Origin: Octopus sinensis
Lineage: Eukaryota
Assembly: GCF_006345805.1 (NCBI RefSeq)
Contig: NC_042997.1
Coordinates: 12,028,001-12,092,000, forward strand
Length of the DNA stretch: 64,000 bases
Reading direction: 5' to 3'
Shown here: positions 13,091-26,296 of the stretch, piece by piece
Layout of the letters: each line of letters opens with the position of its first letter
Position numbering within the stretch: position 1 is the first letter of the stretch
Program-made: the position numbers and the translations under genes
The notes under the pieces: generated by a model
The model's database searches: none
What the model was told of the DNA's origin: nothing
The model's input: only the letters and a program-made list of their open reading frames with translations

Positions 13091-13589
13091 TATGTATATA
13101 ATGATATATGAATGCATATATACATACATATACGCATGTATGTATATATATTTACGCAGTGTACATTACTGTCCCATTACAATATGGGCAGTTGATAGGA
13201 ATTTTGTCTGCACTGAAGATGCTGAATGTAACTATAAACCTCGTATCGAAGTGAACCAGTTTCTTCTTTTGAGATGAGATTCGATACTGCCGTCCGTATT
13301 AGAAGGATACAATAACTCGATAAACCATAAGCATGCGTATACGTAAGTATATGTACATGTATGTGTGTGTATGTATGTGTCAGTGTATGCATTTATGTAT
13401 GTATGCGTGTATGTGTATGTTCGGATGTATGTATATCAATGAGAAGAAAGTTACAAAAGTAATCCAAGTGCCAAGAATTTCGCGTATATATTCAGTAAAT
13501 CTCGTTTGTTCTACCTCAAACATAAACACACACACACGTACACAAACACACACATATAAATAAATAAATATGTATATATATATATATAT

Positions 13590-14093
13590 ATATAAAACTG
13601 TAGTTGTGTGAGTGTCTGTCTCCTACGATTTAGATTCCAAATCCTCCCACATTTTGCGGTGCAGTTTAACCAAATTCGGGTATCTTATAGTCGTGATTAA
13701 TATCAAGCCCGTCTGGCTATTAGCGCGCGTCTACGATGAGTCACGATTTAAAAAATAATTTAACATCATTTTTTATTCCATTTTATGCATAATTTTTCGT
13801 GTGTCGATGGCGGCGGAGTTGGGCGTCCATGGTCACACCTGCACCTGTTTGCTCTCCCCCTTCTTCCCTCCCTCGTGAAGCTGTGGGGAAGGGAGTGAAA
13901 GGAAATCAACGTCGTAATGCGTTGTCAAGGAGACCAGCGTTCTTTTAGAACAACGACTTCATGGCTTGAAGACACCAAAACAGAAAATGGCTAAGAAAGC
14001 CCGAATTGGCATCTATAAGGGAAGTAACTCTCTAAAAATGCTTATATAGTTATTTCCCTTACAAACCCGAGCAACGCCGGGCGATACTGCTAG
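13590..14093 (+). mobile_element. Non-autonomous Helitron
   Basis: 3' end ACCCGAGCAACGCCGGGCGATACTGCTAG|T (subterminal hairpin plus CTAG). Homologous to 54163-54559. Confidence 0.8.
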
Positions 14094-14229
14094 TATATAT
14101 ATATATATATATTCAATAGGCTTACTTCAGTTTTCTCTCTACCAAACTTACAAAAAGGAGTGAACCGGAACGTTGTGGTTAGGAAGCAAGTTTTCTACTA
14201 CGTAGACTTACGTAGCCATGACTGCACCC

Positions 14230-14260
<31 letters not shown>

Positions 14261-14273
14261 CATATATATATAC

Positions 14274-14307
<34 letters not shown>

Positions 14308-14476
14308 CTATATACACATATATATATACATATATAAGCATATATAAATATACATATATATATATACAAACATATATTAATATACATACATACACACACA
14401 CACACGCATATAATATAATATATATATATATATATATACCACACACACACACATCATATGTGACAATTAGTTAGTT

Positions 14477-14547
14477 GTCATAATAAAACTCAAAGTTTCA
14501 GATACCGGAGCTGAAGTCTGCTCCGGTATCTCATCAGTGATTAAGAC
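14477..14547 (-). ncRNA. Hammerhead ribozyme-like motif with 11-bp stem II
   Basis: Minus strand: gtcttaatca CTGATGA gataccggagc..gctccggtatc t GAAAC TTTGA GTT ttattatgac. Stem I pairs 8/10. Lies in a hairpin formed by 14458-14523 and 14571-14637. Confidence 0.6.
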
Positions 14548-14724
14548 AAAACGGTTTTAAAAAAACCGTTGAGCAGACTTCAGCCCCGGTATCCGAAACT
14601 CTCAGTTTTATTATGGCAACCAACTTATTGTCACATATTATATTAGTAGATAAATTCCTGTTTTACATAATATCGAGGTCTCATTCATTCTTTTGTTGTC
14701 ATATTAGTTTTATTATTATTTTTA

Positions 14725-14770
<46 letters not shown>

Positions 14771-15226
14771 TGTGTGTGCGTGCGTGCGCGTGTTAATTTA
14801 TTCATATTAATTTGATGTTTCAACCGGATGTTAATTTCAAATTTTCATTTCTATTCTCAGTGATTTAACAATATGTGCTTAGTACTCTAGGTATACACAC
14901 ATATATATACACTTAAATACATACTCACATACATACACATGTACGTATAGACACACATACATACATATATATACATACATGCGTACATATACACATACGT
15001 ACATACATATATTCATGCATGCAGAAAAAGGTATAAATATAATGCCGTCGCCTGTTATTATATACAGGATTATGATGAACTAATATTTGATTGTAACTAT
15101 ACAACGATACACCTTGAATCTATATTTGCATATACAGCAATAATCTACGAAGGTGAAACAACAGTAAATATAGGTAATTAAACAATTTTCTCACTCCACT
15201 CTCTTCGTTAATATATATATTGCTTG

Positions 15227-15278
15227 CCTTACTATAGATGGTTACGGCAATAACCGAAACTGACCAGTCAGTCTAAGG
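15227..15278 (+). ncRNA. Hammerhead-like motif with mutated core
   Basis: cctta CTATAGA t ggtta-cggcaa-taacc GAAACTGAC-CA-GTCAGTC taagg: all three stems pair and there is a GUC site, but the core reads CUAUAGA. Confidence 0.55.
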
Positions 15279-15499
15279 AATTCTCGGTTCGGTGTTCGAG
15301 GCGATTGCAGCCCTGTCAGAGTAAATTTTATGTGCTTTGTAACAGCACTGGAGCAACTAAGTTCCTATTTCTAGCAATGCAGGTGTTATTCAAACCGTGA
15401 ATCAAATTTAGTTGACGACAATAATTTCCCTTTTACGGTATACGCCAGCTGAGCTTAATTCGTCCCAGTCGAAAGACGCCTGTTCGTGATGTCCTGTTA

Positions 15500-15540
<41 letters not shown>

Positions 15541-16018
15541 GAGTGAGAGAGCAGTGCATGCCATCAAAGTGACACTGGGGTAAAATATACGAAGCCCAAT
15601 ATACCCATCATGACTACCCGTCTGATAAAGGTACACCAGGCACATGCATCACAACCATATGTGCGCGACATGGTGATCACATATCAAGATAAACAGCACA
15701 TGACCTTGCAGGTGGGGCCCAGTTAGAATTTTCTTCAGGTTGAGTAGCCCATCCCGCTCAAAAGGTCCCTGAATAAGGATTGTTTAAGGATGTTGAAAGA
15801 ACCACCCGTGTTTCCACAGGTGAATCATCCAAACCCCAAAGAATTCCTCTCAACACATGGCTATGATGCTCCCCCACTACTTCTGCTCGTGATCAGAGAT
15901 GCACATATCGTCAGCCACTAAGGGACATGCTCAACTGGTTAAGGTCAAACAACTGACAAGCAAATCTGTGGTATTGAGCAGAATATTTGCTGTAGCCCAT
16001 CTTTTATACCAAGACAAA

Positions 16019-16019
<1 letters not shown>
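15541..16019 (-). mobile_element. 479-bp non-coding element inserted in (ATT)n (probable retroelement 3' end)
   Basis: Complex sequence bounded exactly by (ATT)n on both sides (15497-15540 and 16020-16090). Strand and family are inferred. Confidence 0.55.
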
Positions 16020-16090
<71 letters not shown>

Positions 16091-16974
16091 GTTTTTACGT
16101 ATTATTAATATTGTTTTTACGTATTATTTTTGTATTCATATTCGTGTAACATCGTCCATTTTTCTGTCATTGTTTTGTATACATTCGAAGCTTTCTTCCA
16201 AGGAATCTAATGCGCTTAGCTTAATTTTTCCTTGGGGCTGGCCAGATTGGAGCAATCTCAAGATTAAACAGTCGCAATTGTGAGGATGATCCGGTTTTTG
16301 ACGGAAGATTGAAGGCTTCGAATGTCCTGTCCGTGTTTTTTGTGTCGTCATCAAAATGTTTTGCGTTCTTGTCCCAGTTTGTATTTTTTATACATACATA
16401 CATATATATACTATACATACATACATATATATATATATATATTATATTATATATATATATATTATATACATACATACATACATACATACATACATACATA
16501 CATCATACACACACTAATATATATATATATAATGTATATGGATAGATGTGCCAATTCGTAACAGCTGCTTCCAATGAAATTTTATTTGATTAATGGAAAT
16601 ATTACATCATTAGAAAAAAACGTTTTCGTCGGGTGAATAAATGAAGCACAACGTTTAAAAGCATTCAAATTCCAATGGCATGTGCACCGTCATAATTCTA
16701 TAAACCTTGCTGCTCCTTGCGTAGAACCGAAGTATATTATAGACCGTACATTTCTTACAAATTGCGTTTCTTGATTAGTCTCAGGGTTATTGATATACTC
16801 AGTCGGATTCAGTTAATTGTATACAAAACCTGAATAACTTTCTGCGTGTATTTCCGTACCCACGTATGTATTCCTCTATTTTACTTTTCGCCTCGCCTCT
16901 GTGTCTTACCTTTTAAGTGCCTGATTCACTTGAAAACCGTCTCTGCTATATATATATATATATATATATGTATT

Positions 16975-17440
16975 ACTGAGGGATCAGAGTTCACCTTCAA
17001 TCAGGGACAACGTTTCACAGTGAAAAGCAACTTCGCATGTGCTTCGGAGAATCTGATATACGCACTAACCTGCTCTGGGTGTCAAGAGCAATACATAGGC
17101 CAAACAAAAATCAGTCTACGTAAAAGAGTGGCTCTGCACAGATCCCAGATCAAAACTCCCCAAAACAGAAAAATGGCATTCAGCCAACACATAGACATTT
17201 GCGCTAATAACAAAAGTCCAAGTTTCAGAATTTTTCTCCTCTACCAATTCAGGGACGGTACAACCTGTAGCCAACGGATTAGTAAAGAGACTCTCTTTAT
17301 TGCAAAATACAGACCCCTTTTGAACGCGTCTGCAATAAACGCCACAGCCTTAGAATAACACAAATACACAAGCAAATATTAAAAATGATACACTCAAGAA
17401 ATCCCGAAGAATTCATTAAAGAACAGTCCCAATCACTGCT
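16975..17440 (+). mobile_element. Penelope-like element 3' fragment, GIY-YIG endonuclease
   Basis: Open frame FTVKSNFACASENLIYALTCSGCQEQYIGQTKISLRKRVALHRSQI..KETLFIAKYRPLLN: GIY/YIG motifs with the CxxC insert typical of PLEs. Stop at 17358; starts right after a (TA)n run. Confidence 0.9.
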
Positions 17441-18953
17441 ATATATATATAAAATATATATATATATGTATATATATATATATGTGGTGTGTGTGTGTGT
17501 GGTGTGTGTGTGCGTGTGTATATGTATGTATAATCATTAGTTGTGTCAAAAAGAAATAGTGTTTAATGTTAATATCCAGATAATATGTACCACGTTTCAA
17601 ACTCTCGGATCAGCCACTGGTGATTATAATTGGTACGCAAAGTCACGGAGACAGACAACTGTTCTTGCTTTCATTTTCCATTCTTTGTCCATGCTTCCAA
17701 ATATTCACCTATCTTTCATGTCGTATAAAGGTATGATCTCATTGTCAGCGTTCATGTTATTTCGTGCATAGCAGAGGCAGTCTCTTTGTAGAGAAGACAA
17801 TAGTATCGTGCGAACATTGTATCACAAGTTTGATTGCATCAAGCGTTGTGTAATGTTCGTTAGGTAATTAGAACATTACAATACGTATGTATGTGTCTCT
17901 ATGTTCATAATATAAACATGTGCAGATGTTGTAGTATTGTTTTACTGATTCTAGTTGAGTGTCACTGTACTAATATACAAATTTCCATCATCTCCTATAG
18001 TCAAGATATCAATAAAGTTGATTAATGGCTTATGTAGTATAAAAGACATGATAAGATCTGGCTTGAACGTTTAAACTAACATAACTAAATCGTCATACGA
18101 AGTTTTAGAGTGTGTATATAACACTTAGCTAATACACTATCAAATCTACTGCATGTTTAGACCTGTTCCTACACACATGCGTGTACAGTTCATTGAAACT
18201 AGATGTTTATCTCATGACATGAGTTTCACGCCATTGTAATCTTCAAACGAGAACTGTTACAACTCGGTTTGGAGATACTTATGTTTTTTAGACTGAACGC
18301 GGTGTTTTACTCGAGCTTCATCATTAATTTGCTTTGTACGTTTACTGATAGACTGATATTTTAGTGGCTCTTCATTGGTTTTTTTACTTTCCTTGTTGAG
18401 GAGGAGCGGTGCATTTTGAATTTGTTTTGCTGTCTTATTACTTTATTTTTATTGGTGTGGGATACTCGTTGTTAATCTAAATCAGAGCAATTCATGCGCC
18501 ATTTTTGTGACGTCTGATTTGTTATGTATCGTAATGTGTTTGTAAATATCGAAACCAATGCAGGTTGATTTATTGGTTTGAATAGCGTTTTGATCAACGT
18601 TAAGATAACTTAAATACTGTTTTGTTTGTGGCATTTGCAAATTTCAAGGCGGTTTGTTATGGAGTTTATCTTATAAATAGAGGTGTAAAATTAATTAAGA
18701 ATATATTTTTGGAGCGATTTAGGTATTTCATGGTTGAAGGATTTTGCTAATGTTTCGTATTGTGATTTGCTTCAGGATAAGGACTGTGGATTTTTCTGCA
18801 GTTTAATGAAATTGTTGCTTGCCAACTAATTAAAGAATTTTTGTCTATTTCATGGAATGAAATGCATTAAAAAACAGACCAAGATATATATGAATGTGTA
18901 TGTGTGTGTGTCTGTGCGAGTGTGTGTGCATGTGTGCGTGTGTGTGTGCGCGT

Positions 18954-19031
<78 letters not shown>

Positions 19032-19246
19032 TTCCAAACTTCAGCCATTACATTTCAGCACGGAATTTTGTCAGTGATCAGGCTGCGGTCTCAAAGTGAC
19101 AAAAATATTTTGGCAAATAAAATTTAAATGTTGGAGTGAATCTAACGGTTTTGTTTGATTTTTAAATTGCTTATAAACACCTTCCACGCTGCAAGCACAC
19201 GAGCTCAGATCAGGTCACTTGCTATGCAAGTACATCTCCGTAATAT

Positions 19247-19346
<100 letters not shown>

Positions 19347-19394
19347 TGTATGTATGTATGTATGCATGTATGTATGAATGTATGTATGTATGTA

Positions 19395-19872
19395 TATGTG
19401 CAGATTTGTAGTTTTGCTTTATGTCTGTATTGTCATGCATATAGTTGCATATCTAGACAAGCTCATATATATTTAAAGGATAAACTTCTGGAAAGTTTTA
19501 CAGATTTTTACAGTCCTAGTGATGGATTGCATCTGTAGTCTTCGAATTAGCGTTCTTCTTTCTGGTTTTGAGAAGCCTAATTTCTCAAGTTTGGTATTTA
19601 GGTAGCGTGTTTTATATCCCAGGGCCTCAATTAATACAACTATATACCTGAACTTGTAATTTGGATAGAGCAACTGTAGATTTCTCAATAGTTCAGCGTA
19701 GGCATTCTCTTTTTCACTAATCTTCAGCCAATTTCCACAACTGTACACAATTTCTCTTCTCTATCATGTCAGGTCTGTTGTGCTGACATTTTATTCAGGT
19801 CTTCACTGGGAAATTGCACCTGTGCTCCTTTTTATTATGAGTGGCTATAGCTTCTACCCTACTGTGGGCTTA
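19395..19872 (-). mobile_element. R4/Dong-like LINE 3' fragment, second copy
   Basis: HNRPD..EEKLCTVVEI..KISEKENAYAELLRNLQLLYPNYKFRYIVVLIEALGY..LEKLGFSKPERRTLIRRLQMQSITRTVKICKTFQKFIL*. (TATG)n on both sides. Confidence 0.75.
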
Positions 19873-19878
19873 TGTATG

Positions 19879-19912
<34 letters not shown>

Positions 19913-20382
19913 TGTATGTATGTATGTATGTATGTATGTATGTATGTATGTATGCATGCATGTATGTATGTATGTATGTATGTATGTATGCATGTATGCA
20001 TGTATGTATGTATGTATGTATGTATGTATGTATGTAGTATGTATGTATGTATGTATGTATGTATGTGTGTATGTGTGTATCTGTGCGTGTTAGTGCTTGT
20101 CTTCCGCTACCACTTGGCAATTGGCAACGAGTTATTTACACCCCTATAACTTAGCGGTTCTTCAAACAGGAGCCGATATAACAAGTACCATATTGCAATA
20201 TATATGTACAGTAGTCGGGTTGTTCGAGTAGTCGCTTCTTTGCCACTTGCATACATACCCACACACATACACAAATACACACACACATATAAAAACACAC
20301 GAATGTACATATACACATATGCACACACACATTTATATATATGTATATATACATCATATATATATATATATATATATATGCA

Positions 20383-20418
<36 letters not shown>

Positions 20419-20421
20419 TAT

Positions 20422-21712
20422 AGAACAATCTTACTTAGAAAGGGATGCGTGCGTTCTGTCATATAATAAATTAATAAATAAATAAAATATATGCATATAT
20501 ACACACCTATATGTACGTACCTACCTCTACATGTATATATACATGCATATATGGGTACAGGACACCAAAAAAAAAAAACGTCGAACACAACGAGAAACGA
20601 AAACATAAACACAAAACCAAGGAAATGGACATTATTTTAAAACAACGAAAAAATAGAGTACAGGACATACAAAACAAGGAAAATTCCCCTTCTTCAGTCG
20701 CCTTAATTTCATCTACTCCACGTTTCGAAGGTCAAGGCGATGCATGTCTTTAATGAAATTTTCCTTCCCGCGAAAATCAAATTAAATAAAATTTGAGGTT
20801 TTTTTGCGGAGGGGTAAAAATGGTAACAAAAACAGGATAGTAACGACAGTACAAAATATAAACAGTAAAAGACAGGACACGGAGAATAACAGTAGCACAA
20901 ACAAGAAGGGCTGTTAAGCCAAACGAGATAAAAAATTTTTACGAACGCTATTGTTTGAGACGCGAGAGAGAACAGGTTAACGTCTCTACTTGACGGAGTT
21001 CAAGAAAGAAAAAACAGAAATAGCTGTCTAATCACGTGACCGCGACGGGAGGGAGGAGGAGTAAGAGAAGGGGAGAGAAAAGAAGAGAGAAAAGAGAGAA
21101 AAGAAAGGGCATGGTAGTAGAGAAAAAGAAAAGAATGAAGAATGAGAGAGAGAGGGAGAGAGAGAGAGAGACAGTAAGTGGAAGAAAAGGAAAGCCCAAA
21201 TAATGAAGGCTGAGAAAGGGAGGGGAGAGAAAGGTTAAGAGTGCGCATCAATTAATATTAAGAACAATCTTACTTAGAAAGAGATGCGTGCGTCCTGTCA
21301 TATAATAAATTAATAAATAAAATATATGCATATATACACACATATATGTACGTACCTACCTCTACATGTATATATACATGCATATATAGGTACAGGACAC
21401 CAAAAAAAAAACGTCGAACACAATGAGAAACGAAAACATAAACACAAAACCAAGGAAATGGACATGTTTTCAAAACAACGAAAAAATAGAGTAGAGGACA
21501 TACAAAACAAGGAAAATTCCCCTTCTTCAGTCGCCTTAATTTCATCTACTCCACGTTTCGAAGGTCAAGGCGATACATGTCTTCAATGTCTCATTGTGTT
21601 GGATGTTTTTTTGGTGTCCTGTACCCATATATGCATGTATATATACATGTAGAGGTAGGTACGTACGTATATGTGTGTATATATGCATATATTTTATTTA
21701 TTTATTAATTTA
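20422..21712. repeat. Tandem plus inverted duplication of a pseudo-LTR-like repeat
   Basis: 20422-20750 is nearly identical to 21261-21583. 21604-21712 is an inverted copy of part of the unit. A related copy lies at 52215-52560. Confidence 0.8.
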
Positions 21713-21736
21713 TATATATATATATATATATATATA

Positions 21737-22120
21737 TGGAAGCACTCCGTCGGTTACGACGACGAGGGTTCCGGTTGATCCGATCAACGGAACAGCCTGC
21801 TCGTGAAATTAACGTGTAAGTGGCTGAGCACTCCACAGACACGTGTACCCTTAACGTAGTTCTCGGGGATATTCAGCGTGAGACAGAGAGTGACAAGGCC
21901 GGCCCTTTGAAATACAGGTACAACAGAAACAGGAAGTAAGAGTGAGAGAAAGTTGTGGTGAAAGAGTACAGCAGGGATCACCACCATCCCTGCCAGAGCC
22001 TCGTAGAGCTTTTAGGTGTTTTCGCTCAATAAACACTCACAACGCCCGGTCTAGGAATCGAAACCGCGATCCTACGACCGCGAGTCCGCTGCCCTAACCA
22101 CTGGGCCATTGCGCCTCCAC
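21737..22120 (-). mobile_element. SINE family C (tRNA-derived head), full length
   Basis: Reverse complement of 47361-47742 and 55705-56089. A box TGGCCCAGTGG, B box GGTTTCGATTCC. Confidence 0.95.
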
Positions 22121-22209
22121 ATATATATATATGCACACACACTCACTCACAAACATGTATCTGTCAATCTTTATATCCTACATAACGAGGACGTATTTTT
22201 AGAACTCCG

Positions 22210-22420
22210 AAAGCAGCGAGCTGGCAGAATCGTTAGCAAGCCATGCTTAGCTGCATTTTATCCGTCTTTACGTTCTGAGTTCAAATTCCGCTGGGGTCGA
22301 TTTTGGCCTTCATCTTTTCGGGTTTGATAAAATAAGTACCAGTGAAACACTGAGGTCGATTTAATTGACTGATCCCCTTCCTCCAAAATTTGAGGCCTTG
22401 TGCTTTTAGTAGAAAGGATT
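22210..22420 (+). mobile_element. SINE family A, tail type 2
   Basis: Family A head and body, but tail CCAAAATTTGAGGCCTTGTGC..AGTAGAAAGGATTA. Confidence 0.85.
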
Positions 22421-22889
22421 AGTAGAAGCTGAATAGTGTGGTATTCTCCTTGAGTGGTTACTCTCATATAGATGTACGGTGCTAAGAACATACGCATAAA
22501 TCAATGTAGAACTGATGGCATACGCGCGGGAACTGTCAGATCACGTGATTTCACAGTACTGCTCATACTAGTCAAATTTCGCTGTGAACGATATTTTGAA
22601 TAACAGTAACTATCCAGCTAAAGGTGTAGCAACTAGCTCAAAATAACATTAGCGATGAAAGCTATGCACACACACACACACACACACACACATCTATATA
22701 CGCAGGCGTGGTTGTGTGGTAAGAAGCTTGCTTCCCACCCACATGGTTTGAGGTTCAGTCCCGCGGTTTGCCACCTTGAACAAGTGTCTTATACTATAGC
22801 CCCGGGCCGACCAAAGCTTTGTAAGTGGAATTGGTAGACGGAGACTGAAAGAAACCCGTCATGTGTGTGTGTATATATATATTGTATAC

Positions 22890-23432
22890 GTGTAACGTAA
22901 GTTTAGAAAAAAAACCCATTGGTTTCATATCTACCGTGAACTTGAAATCTCTTCAGTTTCTCTAAACAGTAACCGTTCTCTACAAAGAATGTTTGTTTTA
23001 AAACACAAGAACGCCGGTGATAGTTCAAGAAATAATCCTCTTTAAAAATATGGCCGAACGAGTTGTCTGCCTTCGCTTGATAGCTAGGTTTTTCCAATTT
23101 TGAAGTAAAAATTTCCGAATATGTGGAGAACTCCCCACGGCTTTCGTCCTGGAGTTATGGTAGCCTGCTGGCTCATGTGAGTTCATGATAATTATAAATC
23201 TTTCTGCCAAACACAATTTATGCAGTCTTGTTCCATTACGATAGGGTCCACAAGTTTCCAATTCGTTCCACCTGATATTAAAGGGCGTATGATCGTCCTT
23301 TAGGCGGCATACGTATGCTGCAAGTGTTGTCGTATTGCATCTTTCCGGGACCCTGAAAGAAAATCTGTGGTTGTTCAGGCGAATTTTAAATCTGGATTCA
23401 CAAGATCCGACATAAATTTTATTTTCAGTCCC
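22890..23432 (-). mobile_element. Penelope-like element 3' fragment (GIY-YIG C-terminal half plus 3' UTR)
   Basis: Open frame 23432 to 23025: GTENKIYVGSCESRFKIRLNNHRFSFR..TTLAAYVCRLKD..FNIRW..GPYRNG..LCLAERFIII..NSRT..HIRKFLLQN, matching the PLE endonuclease C-terminus pattern. Confidence 0.85.
22905..22963 (-). ncRNA. Hammerhead-like motif downstream of the PLE ORF
   Basis: Minus strand: agagaaa CTGAAGA gatttc..gatat GAAACC AATG GGTT ttttttct. Core intact, stem II weak. Confidence 0.5.
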
Positions 23433-24388
23433 TGTGTATGTGTATGTGTGTGTTTGTGTGTCTGTGTTTCTCCCACATCACCATTTGATAACGAATGTTT
23501 ACCTCCTCGTAACTTAGCGGTTCTGCAAAAGTGACCGATAGAATAAGTACTAGGTTAACAAATAAATCCTGGGGTGGAATTATCCGACTAAAACCCTACA
23601 AGACGGTGCTTCAGGATGGACTAAGACATATACAAGAATAAACGAATATATATATAATTGTGTGTGCGCGAGAGTGTGAGCTTGGACGTGTCTGCTTTTC
23701 TGTCGAATTTCCGTACACGCTTACCGGTGAAATTTCGTGTTGAATGGCGTTCATTTATATCGAAGAGGTATCAACGATTAACTTTAGATCGATAAATTAA
23801 ATAGCACTGTGAATTTTACTGATATCATCAGCTAAAACGTTTCGGTTTGTCAATCACCATAATCCGCATGGACACTGACTACATCTTGTAAACGGATAAT
23901 GGCATAAATAGAGGAAAATATGGGTGAACTTATGTTTTTGGAGGGAGAATATAAATCCTTACTAGATACAACTGATCATGATGTCAGGGAGAGTAAATAT
24001 ATACAAGACCTTAAGAAATAAGATGATTTCCTTCACAACCTTGCTATCACATGGAGGGTCAGTCAAAATAAACACTAAATTAAAAACAAAAAAGAAATAA
24101 ATATGGATATATACCTACAAACACAAACACTTGCATATATATACATACATTTCTACTTTAATATATTCATGAATGTGAGTCTGTGTCAATCTGTCTATCT
24201 GTCTGCCTGCCTGTCTGTCAGTCTGTCTATCTATGTATCTATCTGTTTGTCTGTTTGTCTGCCTATCTATCTATCTATCTATCTGCCTGCCTGCATGCCT
24301 GCCTACCTACCTACCTACCTACATACCTACCTACCTACCTACCTACTACCTTCCTACCTACCTATCTATCTGTCTGTCTATGTATCTA

Positions 24389-24607
24389 CAAAAGGGTGCT
24401 GAAAAGTTCCTGGCTTTAAGGGTAACGCAAAGAGCTGGTTAGAAGCCCAAACTTCCGAGTTCTCTTACACAGCTTAGAAAAAACTGAAGTACTGCTGCAA
24501 TAAGAGTGTGGATCTGAGGGGTGGGGTAATATTTTGAATAAAATCATAATTAGCTGATCCTCTGGGATTTTCTTTTACCCAAAACCAGGAACTCTTAAGC
24601 ACACCCT
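24389..24607. mobile_element. Degenerate mariner-type MITE
   Basis: AGGGTGCTGAAAAGTTCCTGG and CCAGGAACTCTTAAGCACACCCT form imperfect inverted ends. Confidence 0.55.
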
Positions 24608-24663
24608 ACCTACATACCAACCAACCGACCTATCTACCAACCTACCTACCAACCCACCTACCT

Positions 24664-24897
24664 TATTTTTTTATTGCCCTCAGGGGGTTCAACATAGAGG
24701 GGACAAACAAGGACAGACAAAATGATTAAGTCGATTACAGCGACCCCAGTGCGTAACTGGTATTTATTTTATCGAGCCCGAAAGGATGAAAGGCAAAGTC
24801 GACCCCGGCGGAATTTGAACTCAGAATATAGCGGCAGACAAAATACGGTTAAGCATTTCAACCGGCGTGCTAACGATTCTGCCAGCTCGCCGCCTTA
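24664..24897 (-). mobile_element. SINE family A, tail type 1
   Basis: Reverse-complement homologue of 2942-3175. Confidence 0.9.
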
Positions 24898-25130
24898 CCA
24901 ACATGTATAATAATAGTGACCTAGTCAGAATGAATCGAGTGGACACAAATGAAAGGCGTTCCAGTCATGATCATCACGTCTACATTGTCCAGTGCGTTTC
25001 TGCCAGCTCGCCGCCTTTCTCACCTACCTACCTACCTACCTACCTACCTATCAATCTATCTATCTTCCTATCTACTTGCCTACCTACCTACCTACCTACC
25101 TACCTACCTACCTACCTACTACCTACCTAC

Positions 25131-25173
<43 letters not shown>

Positions 25174-25949
25174 CCTATCTATCTATCTTTCTACCTACCT
25201 ACCTACCTACATACCTACCTACATACCTACCTACCTACCTACCAACATCTCTCTCTCTCTTTATCTATTCACAATAAAACGTTGTATATACAATGTATAA
25301 ATCAAAACAATATTAATGATGAACACTACAAGTAACTAAGCTGGTTATGTAATATCATAAATCAAGAAAGTAAACGCAAACAAATATAAATTTTTATGAA
25401 AGCAACTTATAATACAATGAACGGTGAAAGAAAGCACATGTTTATCATTATACTTTCAGTGATCTGACCTCATATGATTGTGTTAGCAGTTAAGATTTCA
25501 ATGTTCAGGTTATGTTGTTATGTTTCATAGTTTCATAGCAGGATGTTGGATATCTGGATTTGAGAATGGAGAGGAGTGAGAAAAAGAAGGAAAGGGTGTG
25601 AACGAAAAAGAAAAAAACACAAATAAATATATAGATGAATAAATAGAATGAATAAATACAACGTAAAATTTATAAAAATAAAAAATAAAAAACAATATTA
25701 TGAGGAACAAGAAATATAATGCCAATAACAATATAAATAAGAATAATATGAAATAAATTGAATAAATATATAAAGAAAAACTAAATGATATATCGAAAAG
25801 ACTGAAAATACAAATATAAAAAGAATAATGAAAATCATTCATAGAAATAAAACAAGGGACAAAGAAGCGGGATGCAATGTATTGGGCAATCCTCTTATTA
25901 CGCCCATCCATCCAAATGTTTCCTTGGAGGTAGAAAAGGGAATAAAAAA

Positions 25950-26255
25950 TCATCTATATATGAGCGCGGTGTGTGTATGTGCACATACACACGCGCAGAC
26001 ACAAACGCATACAGATATACGTTCATATGCATATATATATATATTATATATATATATATATATATTATATACAAATAATATATATATATACAAATATATA
26101 TATATATGTGTAGTATATATATATATATATATATACATTTACATATTTACGTACATATATATATATACGTACATACATGCTTGTATATGTATATGTATAT
26201 ATGCATATATGTATACATAATATATATCTGTATATATATACACACAATATATATA

Positions 26256-26296
<41 letters not shown>

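Larger units (their letters stand above)
22700..23645 (+). mobile_element. SINE family B split by a PLE insertion
   Basis: 5' half at 22700-22870 and 3' half at 23435-23645, interrupted at the internal TG/TA tract. Confidence 0.8.

Noticed and set aside
18200-18840. Possible PLE N-terminal remnant and hammerhead on the minus strand
   Set aside because: Many stops and a core with several defects; too decayed to call.
20680-20735. GAAAC...CTGAAGA on the minus strand as a permuted hammerhead
   Set aside because: I could not pair the stems in a valid geometry.
23352-23362. Strong minus-strand splice acceptor suggesting a host exon
   Set aside because: The frame continues upstream through the site into the YVG motif of a PLE endonuclease.
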